From NCBI RefSeq assembly GCF_009914755.1, contig NC_060926.1: 64,000 bases of DNA; one strand, written 5' to 3'. Of the stretch, positions 13,040 to 29,963 are shown one piece after another (position 1 is the stretch's first letter; each line of letters starts with the position of its first letter). Source of the DNA: the human T2T-CHM13v2.0 reference genome, Homo sapiens. The notes under the pieces are model-generated. The model was not told where the DNA came from. It searched no databases and saw only the letters and a program-made list of their open reading frames with translations. A program made the translations under genes and the position numbers.

Positions 13040-13710
13040 AAGGGGCGGCGACGTGAGGTGGAAACAGTAGCCTGAAACGTGGGTGTGCACGTCGGATCCC
13101 ATCCCACCGTCCACTCGCCTGGAAACCCCCAGTTTCCCCATATGCCCAGCTTCGTCCCCTGCAATTAGTGAGGGCTCACATGGGTCCGCCCCATCCGTGT
13201 GGTCGGAAACGGCCGGGAACCTGGTTCTAGTTCTGCCCTCCGCGGGAGACCTGCGCCAGGGACACCCTTCTGGCCTAACCCAGCCAGGCCTGGTCTACCT
13301 GGCGGCGGCGGCGGCGGCAGCCGGTCCTCCTGCGCTGAGTTAGGGCTCGCGGGGCGGGAGGTCAAGGGCAGCGGGCGCCTGAGCACTGGCACCAGTCACC
13401 GCATCCAGCCGGGGAACTACAGCAGCGGCGAAGTCACTGCCGCTCGGTGCGCACTCCAGCGAGAAGCGGGCGCGTCCTGTGACGTCACAGGCAACCACCC
13501 CTAGCAGGGCACCAATCCCGGAGGGGCGGGCCCAGTGCGGGGCGGGCGGCGCCGGGGGCTCTTCAGGCTCAGGGCATAGGCAGGCGGCGGCCGCGTTTTC
13601 TGGAGACGGTCGCTCTCGGAGGGACCCTGCAATTGCCCGAGACCGAGAGTGGGCGCTGCCTGAAAGTTTGTCCCTGGGCGCTTCGCTGGCCTCATCCGGT
13701 CTCGGCCCTG
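13040..13710. promoter_or_regulatory. FAHD2B: CpG-island promoter of FAHD2B with CRE (13480-13487), CCAAT box (13512-13516) and GC boxes
   Basis: High CpG density; TGACGTCA, CCAAT and GGGGCGGG motifs just upstream of non-coding exon 1. Confidence 0.85.
13299..13450 (-). other. FAHD2B: FAHD2B non-coding exon 1 (5' end approximate), ending in (GCC)6-AG|GTAGAC
   Basis: Donor CAG|GTAGAC on the - strand inside the CpG island; the ATG exon begins at an acceptor, so an upstream exon is required. Confidence 0.7.
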
Positions 13711-14648
13711 TTCTGGGCCTGGCGCCTTTCCCATTGTTGGGGAAAGTGGTCTAGGAGACCAAGGCAGCGTGCTGGGTGGGAGAGAATGATTTGTGGCTTC
13801 TGATTCTGACATATGTCGTTAAGGAGGGGAGGGATGAGTGACCCTGTTTTACTTATGGAGAACCTGGGGCCAGAGCTGTTTTCCCAGGGTGACACAGGCG
13901 GTGAGTAGTGGAGCTGGCATTCCTGACCCCAAAGCTCAGCGTTTCCCAGCCACTCTCCGCAGCCAGGCCTTCACCTGCACTGCTGGGCGCAGGTGGGGAA
14001 GTGGGGAAACGGTGCTCCATCCCCTGCAGAGGGCAGGCGTGCGGGGAGCGGTGGCTGAACTCCACAGACAGCTACTGCTCAGCTCTTCAGCTGCCGGCTT
14101 TGAAGAGTGTGAGGGGCTCTGGGCAAGAGGCCCCCACATTACTCAAGGACCAGATCATCAAGAGCTTTACTTGTCCCACAAAGGAGTCTGGACCTCGTTT
14201 AAGTGCACAGGAGACCGCTGGAAGGTCCTCAGTGGCGTGCCATGGCCCGACTTCTATTTGAGAAGTTTTTCTCTGGCCACCCGTCTAAGGAAAGGTATCT
14301 GGGTGGGTGGTGCGGGTGAGAACAATGGTGGTGCGGTGCTTGGCGGAGAAGGTGAGTGTCCAGAGATGTTCAGGAAGAAGAACTGACAGCTCTGGATGAC
14401 AGGAGGTGGAAGTGAGAAGGAAGCAGGTACAAGGCCGGCTCCTGGGTCTCTAGCCCGGTAGGTGCAGGGCCGTTCATGGAGACAGGGCTTCTGGAGGAGC
14501 AGCGGGTCTGGGGAGATGATAGTGAGCTCCAATTTGCATGGGACATCCAAAGGGCATTGAACGGTGGGCAGTTGGAGACGTGGGTCTGGAGCTTGGGACT
14601 TCAGCCTAGCTTGCAGAAAGTCACCACTGATATAGAAATGGAACCTAT

Positions 14649-14937
14649 GGCCGGGTGCGGTGGCTCACACCTGTAATCCCAGCACTTTGGGAGGCCAAGG
14701 TGGGCGAATCAGATCAGGAGATCGAGACCATCCCGGCCAACATTATGAAACGCCGTCTCCACTAAATATACAAAAAATTAGCCGGGCGTGTTGGCGGGCG
14801 CCTGTAGTCCCAGCTATTCGGGAGGCTGAGGCAGGAGAATGGCCTGAACCCGGGAGGCAGAGCTTGCAGTGAGCCCAGATCACACCACTGGGGAACAGAG
14901 CGAGACTCTGTCTCAAAAAAAAAAAAAAAAAAAAAAA
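14649..14937 (+). mobile_element. AluY-like SINE, TSD agaaatggaacctat/agaaatggagcctat
   Basis: Dimer with small internal deletions and poly(A). Confidence 0.9.
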
Positions 14938-15049
14938 GAAATGGAGCCTATGGGGGTGGCTGTGATCAGGGGGATGTGCTGAGGAGAACCTGGCGTAAGT
15001 GTTTCATTAAGCCATAGCTCCCAAAGACTTTCTGAAAAGCTAAGTTACA

Positions 15050-16360
15050 GCCTGAAAGAAAAGATCTTCAGAGGCTATATTTGATAAAAGACTTGTATCC
15101 AGAATATAGAAAGAGCACTTAAAATCAATAGATAAAATCAAACAATTCAATTTTTTAAATGGACAAAATATTTAAACAGACACTTCACCAAAGAAGATAT
15201 ACAGATAGAAAATTGAAAGACATGAAAAGATGCTCAACATCATTAATAATTAAGGATATGCAAATTACAAGCACAGTGTGACACCGTCTCACACCTACTA
15301 GAATGGACAAAGAAGACTGATTATACCAAGTATTCGAAAGAATGTGGAGGACCTGGGATTCTTGTACACTGCTTATGGGATTATAAAATAGTATCACTAC
15401 AATTGAAAATCATTTGGCAGTGTATGAAGAGAGTTAAACATACTCCTACCATATGACCTAGCCATTTCAATCCTAACTATTGACAGTATTGAGTTGCACC
15501 TTAGCCCTTTGCTCCTAGAAATAGTGAAGATTAAGGAATCCCTCCACTCCTTTGTTCCAGAAAACACCCTACTGGAAAGAACCAGTGACTTTCCATATAG
15601 CTTGGATAAGAATCCTGAATGTCCCCTCATGACCAGACCATACACAGACCCTCTAAATTCCCATTCTTGGCATCATAAATGATTAGCTGGACTGCTTGTT
15701 CCCACAGATCAATAAGAACAAAATGCCTGTAACCAAACCTTGGTTCAGATTCTCTCCTTCTCCAAGCCCCTGAGCTTTGGCCCACCCGCAGCTTGTGCCA
15801 ACCCACCGCCCTCCTGAGGGTCCCTCCTGAGAACAGGCTATCTGCATGGTAAGACCTGCTCGATCATGACACTCTTGCTCAGCTCACTTTCCCATAACAG
15901 TTCTTTCTAGCCACGTTTACGCCTCCCTATACAAGGTCAGCCCTTTGCCTAACCTCTGAGACACTTGAGGATCACATCGTCAGACTGTCTCCTTATTGTA
16001 ATAGTCCCCCCCCCAACCCCCACAACAATCCTTTTGAATAAATTCTCTTTTTATGGAATCCAGATTTATATTTTTGTTTGATAGTAATTACATGAGAAAT
16101 AAGAAAAATATGCTCATGCAAAGATGTATTCAGAAGTGTTCACAGCAGGCTTTTTGTAAAATCCCCAAACTGGAAACCACCCAATTTTCCATTAACAGGT
16201 GAATGTGTAAACACTCTGTGTTTAGCCACACTAGGGAATACTACTTAGCAAGAAAAAGGGATGAATTGTTGATACAACATGGATATATATCAAGATAATT
16301 ATTTGGAGTGAAAAAGGGTAGATTAAAAATGAGTACATATTGGATGATTTCATTTATATG
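15050..16360 (+). mobile_element. Old L1M 3' fragment interrupted by an LTR-like insert (~15481-16083)
   Basis: Degenerate ORF2-end/3'UTR motifs (gacttgtatccagaatata, aacagacacttcaccaaagaag); the insert starts TG and contains AATAAA. Confidence 0.6.
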
Positions 16361-16361
16361 G

Positions 16362-16740
16362 AGTATCCTTGGGGGATATCTTCAAAGACCCCTGGCGGAT
16401 GCCTGAAACTGCAGATAGTACCAAACCCTACATCTGCCACATCTTTTCCTATACATTGATGCCAGTGAACAAATTTAATCCAGATGAAGTTAATCTGGTG
16501 CTACACGGTTGCTGTCAATCAGAATACGTTTCTGTTGACATCTTCCACTCACAAATCTAATGCTTTTTCTACCCTAAGCGCTTCTCACACACTGTAGCCA
16601 TAAGTTTTGCACTTTGAGGTGTGACAGTAAAACTGGCACAAATTTCTTTTCCCTTCTTCACAATTTCATGGATAGAAGATTCATTCTTTCTGTAGATCTT
16701 AGCAACCTCATTATGTGATTTTTTTTTCCTGGAAGCTTGA
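16362..16740 (-). mobile_element. Tigger7/MER44-like DNA transposon fragment with a relic transposase HTH
   Basis: gggggatatcttcaaagacccctggcggatgcctgaaac terminal motif; minus-strand ORF EVAKIYRKNESSIHEIVKK resembles the Tigger/CENP-B N-terminus. Confidence 0.7.
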
Positions 16741-17289
16741 GAGGGGCACATGTTAGCAAGAAGGAGCACAGCATCCCTGCCAGGTTATCTGTCCTACGTG
16801 TACCCTGGGCTAGACACACCCTCCTCTGGCTTGCTGTGGTCTGGCCTCACCCTGCGATGCAGGGGCTCCATCCACAGCCCTCTGTCCAGGAGCACCCAGG
16901 CTGTGCTTACATTTTTTCAGGGATAGGGAGCTCACTGCTGTGTGGGCAGCTGGGCCCAGTATTTTATGGGGAGGGGGAGAATGGAAGGCAACACTGTCTT
17001 CAAGTGTCATCACTGTCCTGGGCGCATGGAGCAGCCCAGGTAACAACGTGCCCTCGGTATTCCCTAATGCTGGGTAGTCCTTCCTGTCAGAATGTGCTTC
17101 CCATGATAACCTGAAGCCTGTGACTCCTAGCTGGTAGAAATGTCTTCAGCTTGCCCCTGGAGCTGTGCAGAACACATCTTGTCTTGCATTTTCTAATATG
17201 TTTGAATAAAACCAGCATGTCATTCCTCTGCCACCTCTCCCCTAGTTCCCTCACCTTTCTTAGACCTCACATCATTCTGATAATCTCCT

Positions 17290-17662
17290 TGGGGTAGATT
17301 CAATCACCGTTGGTCATCATCAGCTGTGCCTCCTCCTGCTGGAGCATGGGGTGTTCACATCTAGCTGAACTAAGGCCTGGCCATCAGACTTGTTTTGGCC
17401 GATGCTATGTGGGTAGGAGCATCATAGACCCCTTACAAGGCTTCTGTAAAAGCCGGCCTGTGTTTGCCATGTCTCTTTTCCCTCTGCTACTAGATAGAAT
17501 GCTCTAAATAAAAACCACTCTGTCAGCTTGTGTTCCAGAGTAAAAACGCCATAGATGGAGCCACAGCCAACTCACATTGGATGTGGAATATGAGGGAGAT
17601 GACACTGAGATTTGGGAGTCTTTTGTTATTGCAGCAAAACTCAGCCCATCCTGACTGATATG
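17290..17662 (+). mobile_element. MLT1-type LTR remnant
   Basis: 3' end ttgttattgcagcaaaactcagcccatcctgactgata is typical of MLT1. Confidence 0.5.
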
Positions 17663-18979
17663 ACTCATTTGCCAAAGTCTCTTAGAAAGTGGGATATCTC
17701 ACCTTAAGAGGATGTGAATGGTCTGGAGTAGGATAGCATGCCCAATTCCTTGTCCAGAGATTATGGAAACATTTATGAATTCAGCATCTCTTACAGAAGC
17801 ACATCATAATTACCTTGAGTGCAACCCATTCCTTATGTACATGAACAGCTGGCAGAAAATGACTTCCTCATTCTTCATCTAAGCAAAAGAGCATCTACAC
17901 CTGAAGAGACCACTTGCCCTTCACTGACATTAAATTTCATCCTACTGACTCTGACCTATCTCCCTAGGCTGTTAGGCTTATTTTTTGAACATTGTATTAT
18001 GAAATTTTCAAACATACAAAAAAGTTGGAAAAAAAAGTACAATGAAAACCTGTATACTCACCACCTAGACCTTACAATTTATGTTTTACTATAGTTGCTT
18101 TATCACATGTCTATCTATCCTTCCACCTATCTATCAATCCATCTTGTCTTTTGATGACTTTCAAAGTAAGTTATAGACATCAGTACACTTTCCCTGTCCC
18201 CCTCAAACATTTCAACATGCATACATTGGCTAAAGTTCAATATTTGTTTATGTTTTTTAGGTGTATACAGAGCTCTAACTGTCCTGTTCCATCCAAAGGG
18301 GGAAAACCAAGAAGCACTTGTGAAGTTAACATTTCAGAGACAGAGGATCACTAAAAGGCTGAGACCTAATCATAGGACTGTGATCACTCTTCTGTCCTTT
18401 GCCATCTTACTACGATATTACTGTAGGGCCTACTAACTGCAGTTCCTCTTACCCAGTACCTCATGTCTGATGTCAAGAAGAAAATTACAAGTCATACTAA
18501 AAGGCAAAACACAAAGTTTGAAGAAAAAGAGCAAGCATCAGACCCAGACTCAGATATGGCAGGAGTGTTAGACTTATCAGACCGGGAATTTAAAACAATT
18601 ATAACTAATATACTAAGGGCTCTAATGAATAAAGTAGACAGCATGCAAGAACCTGTGAAGCAGAGAGATGGAAATCCTAAGAAAGAATAAAAAGAAAGGC
18701 TAGAGATGAGAAACACTGTTCTAGTGATGAGAAATGCCTTTGATAGGCCCATGAGTGTAATGGACATGGCTGAAGAAAGAATCTCTACGCTTGAGGATAT
18801 ATCAATAGAAACTTCCAGGACAGAAAAGCAAAGAACAAAGAGACTGAAAAAGTGAAACAGACTATTCAAGAACTGTGCGACAACTATGAAAAAAAATAAC
18901 ATACACATAATGGGGATGCAAGAAAGAGAAGAGAAACAAAGAGAAGAGAAAGAAACAGAAAAAATATTTAAAATAATAA

Positions 18980-19182
18980 TAGCTTGAGCAACATAGGGAG
19001 ACCCCATCTCTACAAGAAAATTAAAAAATTAGGGGTGCATGGTGCACACCTCTGGTCCCATCTACTCGGTGGGGTGAGGTGAAAGGATCATGTAAGCCCG
19101 GGAGGTCAAATCTGCAGTGAGCCATGATTGCACCACTGCACTCCAGCCTGGGTGACAGAGTGAGACCCTGTCTCAAAAAATA
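18980..19182 (+). mobile_element. 5'-truncated AluJ-like element
   Basis: End of the left monomer plus the right monomer and A tail. Confidence 0.8.
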
Positions 19183-19185
19183 AAT

Positions 19186-19475
19186 AGATGTGGTGGCACA
19201 CACCTGTAGTCCCAGGTACTTGGGAGGCTGAGGCAGGAGGATCGCTTGAGTCTGTACAGGAGTTCTGGGCTGCAATGCACTATGCCGATTGGGTGTCTGC
19301 ACTAAGTTTGGCATTAGTATGGTGACCTCTGGGGAAAGGCGGATAACCAGGTTGCCTAAGGAGGGGAGAACTGGCCCAGGTCAGAAACGGAGCAGGTCAA
19401 AATTTCCTTGCTGACCACACCTGTGAAAGGCCACTGCACTCCAGCCTGACCAACACAGCGAGACCCCACCTTTTA
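19186..19475 (+). pseudogene. 7SL (SRP RNA) processed pseudogene
   Basis: Contains the 7SL S-domain that Alu lacks: ggagttctgggctg...tatgccgat.gggtgtc.gcactaagtt.ggcat...ggtgacctc...ccaggttgcctaaggagggg.gaac.ggcccaggtc.gaaacggagcaggtcaaaa; small 3' deletion; A-rich tail. Confidence 0.92.
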
Positions 19476-19643
19476 AATAAATAAACAAAAAAAGAATAAT
19501 GACAGAGATTTTCACCAAATTAATATCAGGCACCAAACCATAGATCCAGGAAGCTCTGTGAACACCAACCAGAATAAATGCCAAAAAACTCCACCCAGGT
19601 ATAGCATATTCAAAGTAGAAATCAAAGATAAATAAAACACTAC

Positions 19644-19940
19644 TGGAGGCCAAGGCAGGTTGATCAGAGGTCAAGGTGGGTGTATCACTTGAGGTCAGGA
19701 GTTTGAGCCAGCCTGGCCAACATGGCAAAACCTCATCACTACCAAAAACACAAAAATTAGCTGGACATAAATGGTGGGCGCCTGTAATCCCAGCTACTTG
19801 GGAGGCTGAGACAGGAGATTCGCTTGAACCCAGGAGGTGAAGGTTGCAAGGTTGCAGTGAGCTGACATTGCACCACTGCACTGCAGCCTGGTGACAAAGT
19901 GAGACTCTTTTCCAAACAAACAAAGAAACAAACAAACAAA
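19644..19940 (+). mobile_element. Alu SINE (5'-truncated, with small internal duplications)
   Basis: Alu body with an (AAAC)n tail. Confidence 0.85.
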
Positions 19941-20659
19941 AACTATTGAAAGAAGCCAGAGGAAAAAGCCACCTTACCTATAGGGAGCAAAGATAAGGAT
20001 AACATCTGTCTTCTCCTCGGAAACCATGCAAACAAGAAGAGTGTGAAGTGAAATATTTAACATCTTGAGTGAAAAAAATACACAACCTTGAATTCTGTAC
20101 ACTGTAAAATTATTCCTCAAAACTGAAGAATAAATACAGACTTTCTCAGACAAACAAAAATTGAGGGAATTTATTGTTAGTACATGTGCCTTGTAAGAAA
20201 TACTGAAAGAAGTTCTTCCAAGGGAAAGAAAAACATACAAGTCAGAAACTTGGATCTATATAAAGAAAGAGAGCACTGAAGAAGGAATGAGTGAAGATAA
20301 AATAGTAACTTATTTTTTTATTCCAAATTGATCTAACAGATAACAGTTTGTTCAAAATAATAATAGCAAGAATGTATTCAATTATGTATTCATATATGTG
20401 TATATATATCTACAGAAACATATATACTTAAGTACATTTATGTATAAGTGAAATGAATGACAGTAGTGATATAAGAGATAGGAGGCAGGAATTGGGATTA
20501 TTTTGTTATTATAAGGTACTTGGTACAACCCATGAGGTAGTATATGATATTTGAAAATGGATTTGCATTAGTTGTAGATGTATATTGCAAATCTAAGGAA
20601 AACACTAAAAGAAGTGAAAAAAATAAGAAGAAAAGTATTTTTTTTTTAAAGAAGTTGCC

Positions 20660-20992
20660 TTCTTCCACTTGGGCTGCTATAACAAAATAATTTTGACTGC
20701 ATAATTTATAATTATGAGAAATTTATTTTTCATAGTTCTGGAGGCTGGGAGGTCCAAGATCAAGGCAAGAGCAGATTTGGTGTCTGATAAGGGCTCACTC
20801 TCTGCTTCCAAGATGGTACCTTCTTGCTGTGTCCTTGTGTGGTGGAAAAGGTGAATAGCCCCCTCTCACCTGTTTTATTACAGCACTAATCCACTAATGA
20901 GGGCTCCACCCTTATGACTTAATCACCTCCTAAGGGCCTCACTTCTTATATTGGTGATTAAATTTCAAGGGAACATATTGAGACCATAGCAG
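20660..20992 (-). mobile_element. MaLR (MST/MLT1A-like) LTR
   Basis: gggctgctataacaaaa...catagttctggaggctgggaggtccaagatcaagg...agaccatagca. Confidence 0.75.
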
Positions 20993-21202
20993 AAATATGT
21001 TGACAATGTATTTATTTTTTGGTCATATAAAATGTGGAACTAAAGTCACAAAAGGCAAAAAAAGAGTGGAAGACAAAAATATAGGAACAAATAAAAAGGC
21101 AACAAATAGAAAAACAGTAACAGATAAGGTAGATATTACTCTAACTATGTCAATAATCATTTTGAATGCAGTGGTCTAAATACACCAACTAAGACAGAGA
21201 TT

Positions 21203-22116
21203 CTGCAAAGCAAAAAAACTATCGACAGGGTAAACACACAACCTATAGAATGAAAGCAAATGTTTACAACCTATGCATCTAACAAAAGTCTAATATCTAG
21301 AATCTATAAGGAACTTAAATCAACAAGGAAAAAACAAACAACCCCACTAAAAATGGGCAAAGGACATGAACACACACTTCTCAAAAGACACCTGCACAGC
21401 CAACAAACATATGAAAAAGTACTAAATATCAAAACCACAATGAGATACCATTTCACAACAGTCAGAATGGCTATTATAAAAGGTAAAAAAATAACAGATG
21501 CTGGAGAGGTTGTGGAGAAAAGAGAATGCTTATACACTGCTGGTCAGAACATAAATTAGTTCAGCCACTGTGAAAAGTAGTCTGGAGATTTATCAAAGAA
21601 CTTAAAACAAAACTACCATTCAACCCAGCAATTCCATTTCTGAGTGTATACCCAAAGGGATATAAACCATTCTACCATAAAGACGCATACAGGCATATGT
21701 TCATCGCAGGACTATTCACAATAGCAAAGACATGGAATCAACCTAGATGCCCATCAATGATAGACTATATACACACTATGGAATACCACAGAGCCATAAA
21801 AAGGAATGCAATCAATGTCCTTTGCAGCAACATGGATAGAGCTGGAGGCCATCATCTTAAGTGAATTAACACAGGAACAGAAAACCAAGTAATGAATGTT
21901 CTCACTTATAAGTGGGAGCTAAACACTGAGTATACATGGACACATAGAAGGGAACATCAGACATCCGGGGCCTACTTAAGGGTGGAGGTTGGGAGGAGGG
22001 TGAGGATTGAAAAACTACCTATTGAGTACTCTGCTTATTACTTGTGGAACAAAATGGCCAGTACACCAAACTCCTATGACATACAGTTTACTGATGTAAT
22101 AATAAACCTTCACATG
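21203..22116 (+). mobile_element. L1PB/old-L1PA 3' fragment; its tail resumes at ~26032-26096 after a younger L1 insertion
   Basis: ORF2 end and 3'UTR motifs; aaaccttcacatgt...aaaccttcgcacgtacgtaccctttgaacctaaaataaaag. Confidence 0.8.
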
Positions 22117-26031
<3,915 letters not shown>

Positions 26032-26811
26032 AAACCTTCGCACGTACGTACCCTTTGAACCTAAAATAAAAGGTGGGAAGACAGAAATAAAATAAAAGAG
26101 ATTGTCAGTGTAGATTAAAAAGTCGGACTCAACTATATGTAGTCTACAAGAAACACATTCTAAATATAAAGATGCACCTGCATAAATTAAAGGGATGCAG
26201 AAAGATATACCATACTAACACTTATCAAAAACACCCCCAACATATCTCTATTAATTTCAGGCAGAGCAGCCTTAAAGAGCAATAAAAGTTACCATAGATA
26301 CAGAAGGACATTACCTAAGAAAAAGGAGTCAATTCTCCAAGAAGACATGACAATCCTGCATGTGTGTATGCACCTAACAACAGAGCATAGAAATATGTTT
26401 AATTTACACTTATCTTCTTATGAGCCATGTTGCGTAACTTTTCACATGTTTAAGATCAACTTCCAATTATTTTCCTATGAAATCTCTATGCGTATCTTTT
26501 TAATTTTTTCAATATATTGTTGGTCTATTTCCCCTAAATTTGTAAGAACTATTTGTATATGAGAGATAGCACCCCTTTGTCTATGATATAAGTTGCAAAC
26601 CTATTTTCCTACTCTTTCATTTGTTTTCTGACTGTGGTGGTAGTCTTTTCTTGCCATGCAAAAAATTTTGTTTTGTTTGTCTTTGATGTAGTTGAATTGA
26701 CCAGTCTTTTAAAATTGTGTCATTATTAGATGAGCGACTTTCTTTCCAGCTCACCTGAGAATGTGTTTTCCTGTTGAGCTACAGAATGAGCATTGGGTAT
26801 TTTGTGTTCCT

Positions 26812-27452
26812 CTGAGAAAGAGAAGAGGTGTGTCTGGCAGCCAGGAGTTGACCTGGTCCTATCTGCCGGGAGTTGGCGATGCTGTGAGCTGCCTGGCACC
26901 CACAGATGGATGTTGATGTTCTCTTGTGAGCATAAACAATTCCATAGAACATCTGCTTCATACCATATCATTTTGTGCCAATACTTAAGACAAAAACAAG
27001 ACCTCTTCATAATCATGTCTGAGCATGAGCAAAGCATGAGCATTGTTCATATCACACAAATGACCAATGTCTCTATTCTAGCTAAGAAGAGTAACTACTG
27101 TTTCTTCACCAACTACAGCTTTAACGTTCTTTACCAATTATAGCCTTAACCCATTAAGGCTTTAATACAGGTTTACATCTTTCTACATAAGATTTATTAA
27201 GATACCCTGCTATGCTAGAATTACCCCCACTTCCTGACAACACCCAATTCAGAACAAAGCCCCATTTCCTTAAACCCTTCTCCCAGATTATTGCCTAACA
27301 CAACCCCAAATCCTCTAAGTCCTTTCTGATGTCCTCTTAGTGAGACACCCCACTGTTCCCTGTAGTTTGTATTCTCCCTCACTTAACCAGTAATAACTCA
27401 CTTCTTCAACTACAGATGTGTTCATGGTGGCCTTTGATTGGAGCCCATTAAC
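26812..27452 (+). mobile_element. ERV1-class LTR remnant (MER67/MER31-like; boundaries approximate)
   Basis: 3' end gtgttcatggtggcctttgattggagcccattaaca resembles recalled MER4-group LTR termini. Confidence 0.4.
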
Positions 27453-28449
27453 ATCTCCACTTTTCCTGGTAGCCCAAGGGAATGAGGAGACAGTAGAGGG
27501 AAAGGGCGGCTGAGGGCTCTGAGCATTGGTTAGAATGCTTGGGCAACAGATGGCTCTTCCTGTTTCAGTACCATGAGGACTCCCCTGGGCATTGGTTTGC
27601 TTTCCTCATTCCATGTGTAGCCTTGACTTCTCTTAGAGGAAGTGCACCCTGATGTCCCTCCACCTTGTTTCTCCTGTTTCTCCCCAGCATCTGTTTCCAC
27701 CAGTCACCAGCAAGTGAAGGATCGTATAAGGACACCCTTCAGTGTCAGTGTGCTTCACTATGCTCAAAATCACCGGATTTGGAGGTGGATGTGGAGGGTG
27801 GGGCTGGAGGATGGAAGAGGAACTTAGGAGCTAAATGCTGACCCTCTCTATTTTGCTCCAGAATGTTCTTTTCCTTTCTCTCTTTGAGTCACCAGTTTCT
27901 TTACTGTATTAGGCTATGCCCCTTTCCTTGTTTTATTGCTATCAGTTATTTCTTATTGGCCTTTATAATTTTGTTAGTACCGGGATGGAAAACTCTACAA
28001 TATTGTTTTTTTCCAATACCGAAGGCATCTCCTCTCCTCATCCCTGCTCTCTCCCTCCAGTTAAAAAAGATAAACACTCCCTGTTGACAAATGTCTTTTC
28101 TCTTTTCTGTAGACTCTGCGAGTTCTCCTTTCAGTTTATGCTTTTGGAAACAAAAGTCCTTGTCTGTCCTTCAGGTGTGAGTCAGAGCCAGATTCCTGAC
28201 TAAATGGAGGGAAGGTTAAGAAAAAATACAATGAGAAATTCATTATAAGAAATTATTTTGTTGTCATCTAGTCATGTAAGTTTTGTCTTTAGTGGTGGTA
28301 ACGTGCTCATTCATCGTAGTTCGTTGCTCATGCCACGTGGTCATTGTCTCATGCTTATGGGCACCTCTCTTTAGTGACACCCACCTATTGGGGGGAGTCC
28401 CATTTGTAAAGAATTTTGTTGATGTGCTGAATACAAATTGATTTCCTAC

Positions 28450-28845
28450 AGTCTTGTCTGTTTTGGGCTGCTATGAGAGAATACCATAGACTGAGTAATT
28501 TATAAACAACAGAAATTTGGTTTTTTCACAGTTCTGGAGGCTGGGAAGTCCAAAATCCAGGGGCCATTAGATTCATTGTCAGGTGAGTGTCTGGTCTCTG
28601 TTTCCAAGATGTCGCCTTGAAGGCTGCATCTTCCAGAGAGGAGGAGTGCTGTGTCCTCACATGGCAGGAGACTGAAGGGCAAAAGGAGTCTAACTTCCTC
28701 CATCATTCCTTTTTCTAAGCATATTTAATCCTATTCATGAAGGCAGAGCCCTCATAGCCTAATCACCTCCAAAAGTCCCCACCTCTTAATACTATCACAT
28801 TTGTAATATTTGATTTCTGGAGGGGATACATTCAAACCATAGCAG
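28450..28845 (-). mobile_element. MaLR (MST/MLT1A-like) LTR
   Basis: ggctgctatgagagaataccatagactgagtaatttataaacaacagaaattt...acattcaaaccatagca. Confidence 0.8.
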
Positions 28846-29963
28846 ATGCTCATGAAAGTAGAAACAGTGGCTAATGCCAGAGAAAGAAGCTGAGGATCTG
28901 GGAAGTCTTACTTGTGGATTTTACGTTGTATGTTCCATTCCCACATGTAAATAAATGAGTTAATTGAAATGGAAGAAAATGAGGAAAGATGGAGAATTGT
29001 GTCATGGAACAATGGACAGCAGTCATAACATAATGGGTGAAAACAAAGCTCAAATACATGAGGATGATTATATCTTTAATAGCATCTCGAAGCTGTAAGA
29101 GATCATCAAGTCTTGACTTCTATGTTAAAAAAGAAAGAAAACTGATGACCCATATTTAAACTGAGGCATGTGACATTTCTGCTCTACTCAGCACTCTTCA
29201 CTCATCTAACAAAAATTCATTATGGCTTCTTATGTTCCAGGCACTGGGCTAGGTGTTTAAGGAAGACAGAGGGAGGAAATAAAAATTTTTATAAAACAGT
29301 CTTTGTCCTCAAGCAGCTCACAGGGCAGAGAGACCCTGACAGAGTAGAGACTTCATGAAGAGTGGGGATGGGAAGGGCATTCTCTCCACACGCATCCCTG
29401 TCCCACCTCGGAGATTTCCTCCTCAGAACGCTACCTCTTACTGCTTTCCTGTCTCACTCTTTCCAGCTCTCAGTTTAGAAGGTGTTTCCTCAGAGCACCC
29501 TTGCTGACCTCTCAAGTCTGGTGAATGGCCCTTCTCACTGGTGCCTGGATGCCCTGTGTGCTCCTGTCATGCACACAACACAGCATAGTAAAATGCCTGG
29601 TGTATGTGTTTGTCTTTTCAATACTCTGAGCTCTGCTCATTGGCAAATCTCAGGACATAGCACAAGATGTGGCCCCTAAACGTTAACTGAATGAACGAAT
29701 GGAATCACTGGTATCTCTTTAGCTTGAAGAATAGAAAGCCCTTGTAGGACAAAGACGATTGGGAGAAATGTGAAGTCTGGCGTGGACTCTGTCAGAAGAC
29801 AGAACTGAACCAATGGATGGACTTAGAAGAGAGAGACTTCGGTTTCACATCAGGAATGATATCATAGTCAGAACTCACCACACACATAATAGGTTAGATG
29901 AGGGAGGAGGGAGTCCTTCATTGCAGGAGTTTTAAAGGTAAATACAAGAAATGGGAGGCACTT

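Larger units (their letters stand above)
18290..21200 (+). mobile_element. Ancient L1M (ORF1 to ORF2 start) carrying younger inserts; it continues at ~26097-26400
   Basis: Degenerate ORF1-like translation (DSDMAGVLDLSDREFKTIITNILRALMNKVDSMQE) and ORF2 start tcaataatcattttgaatgcagtggtctaaatacacc. Confidence 0.75.

Noticed and set aside
13838-14386. 182-aa ORF divergent from the FAHD2B promoter
   Set aside because: Non-ATG start, no recognisable homology, partly within degenerate repeat-like sequence.
16569-16769. Transposase-like peptide as a domesticated Tigger gene
   Set aside because: Only a short HTH relic with no DDE domain or supporting gene structure.
18492-19007. 171-aa hydrophobic ORF resembling a membrane protein
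   Set aside because: Antisense reading of A-rich L1 ORF1 plus Alu sequence, which yields Phe/Leu/Ser-rich artefacts.
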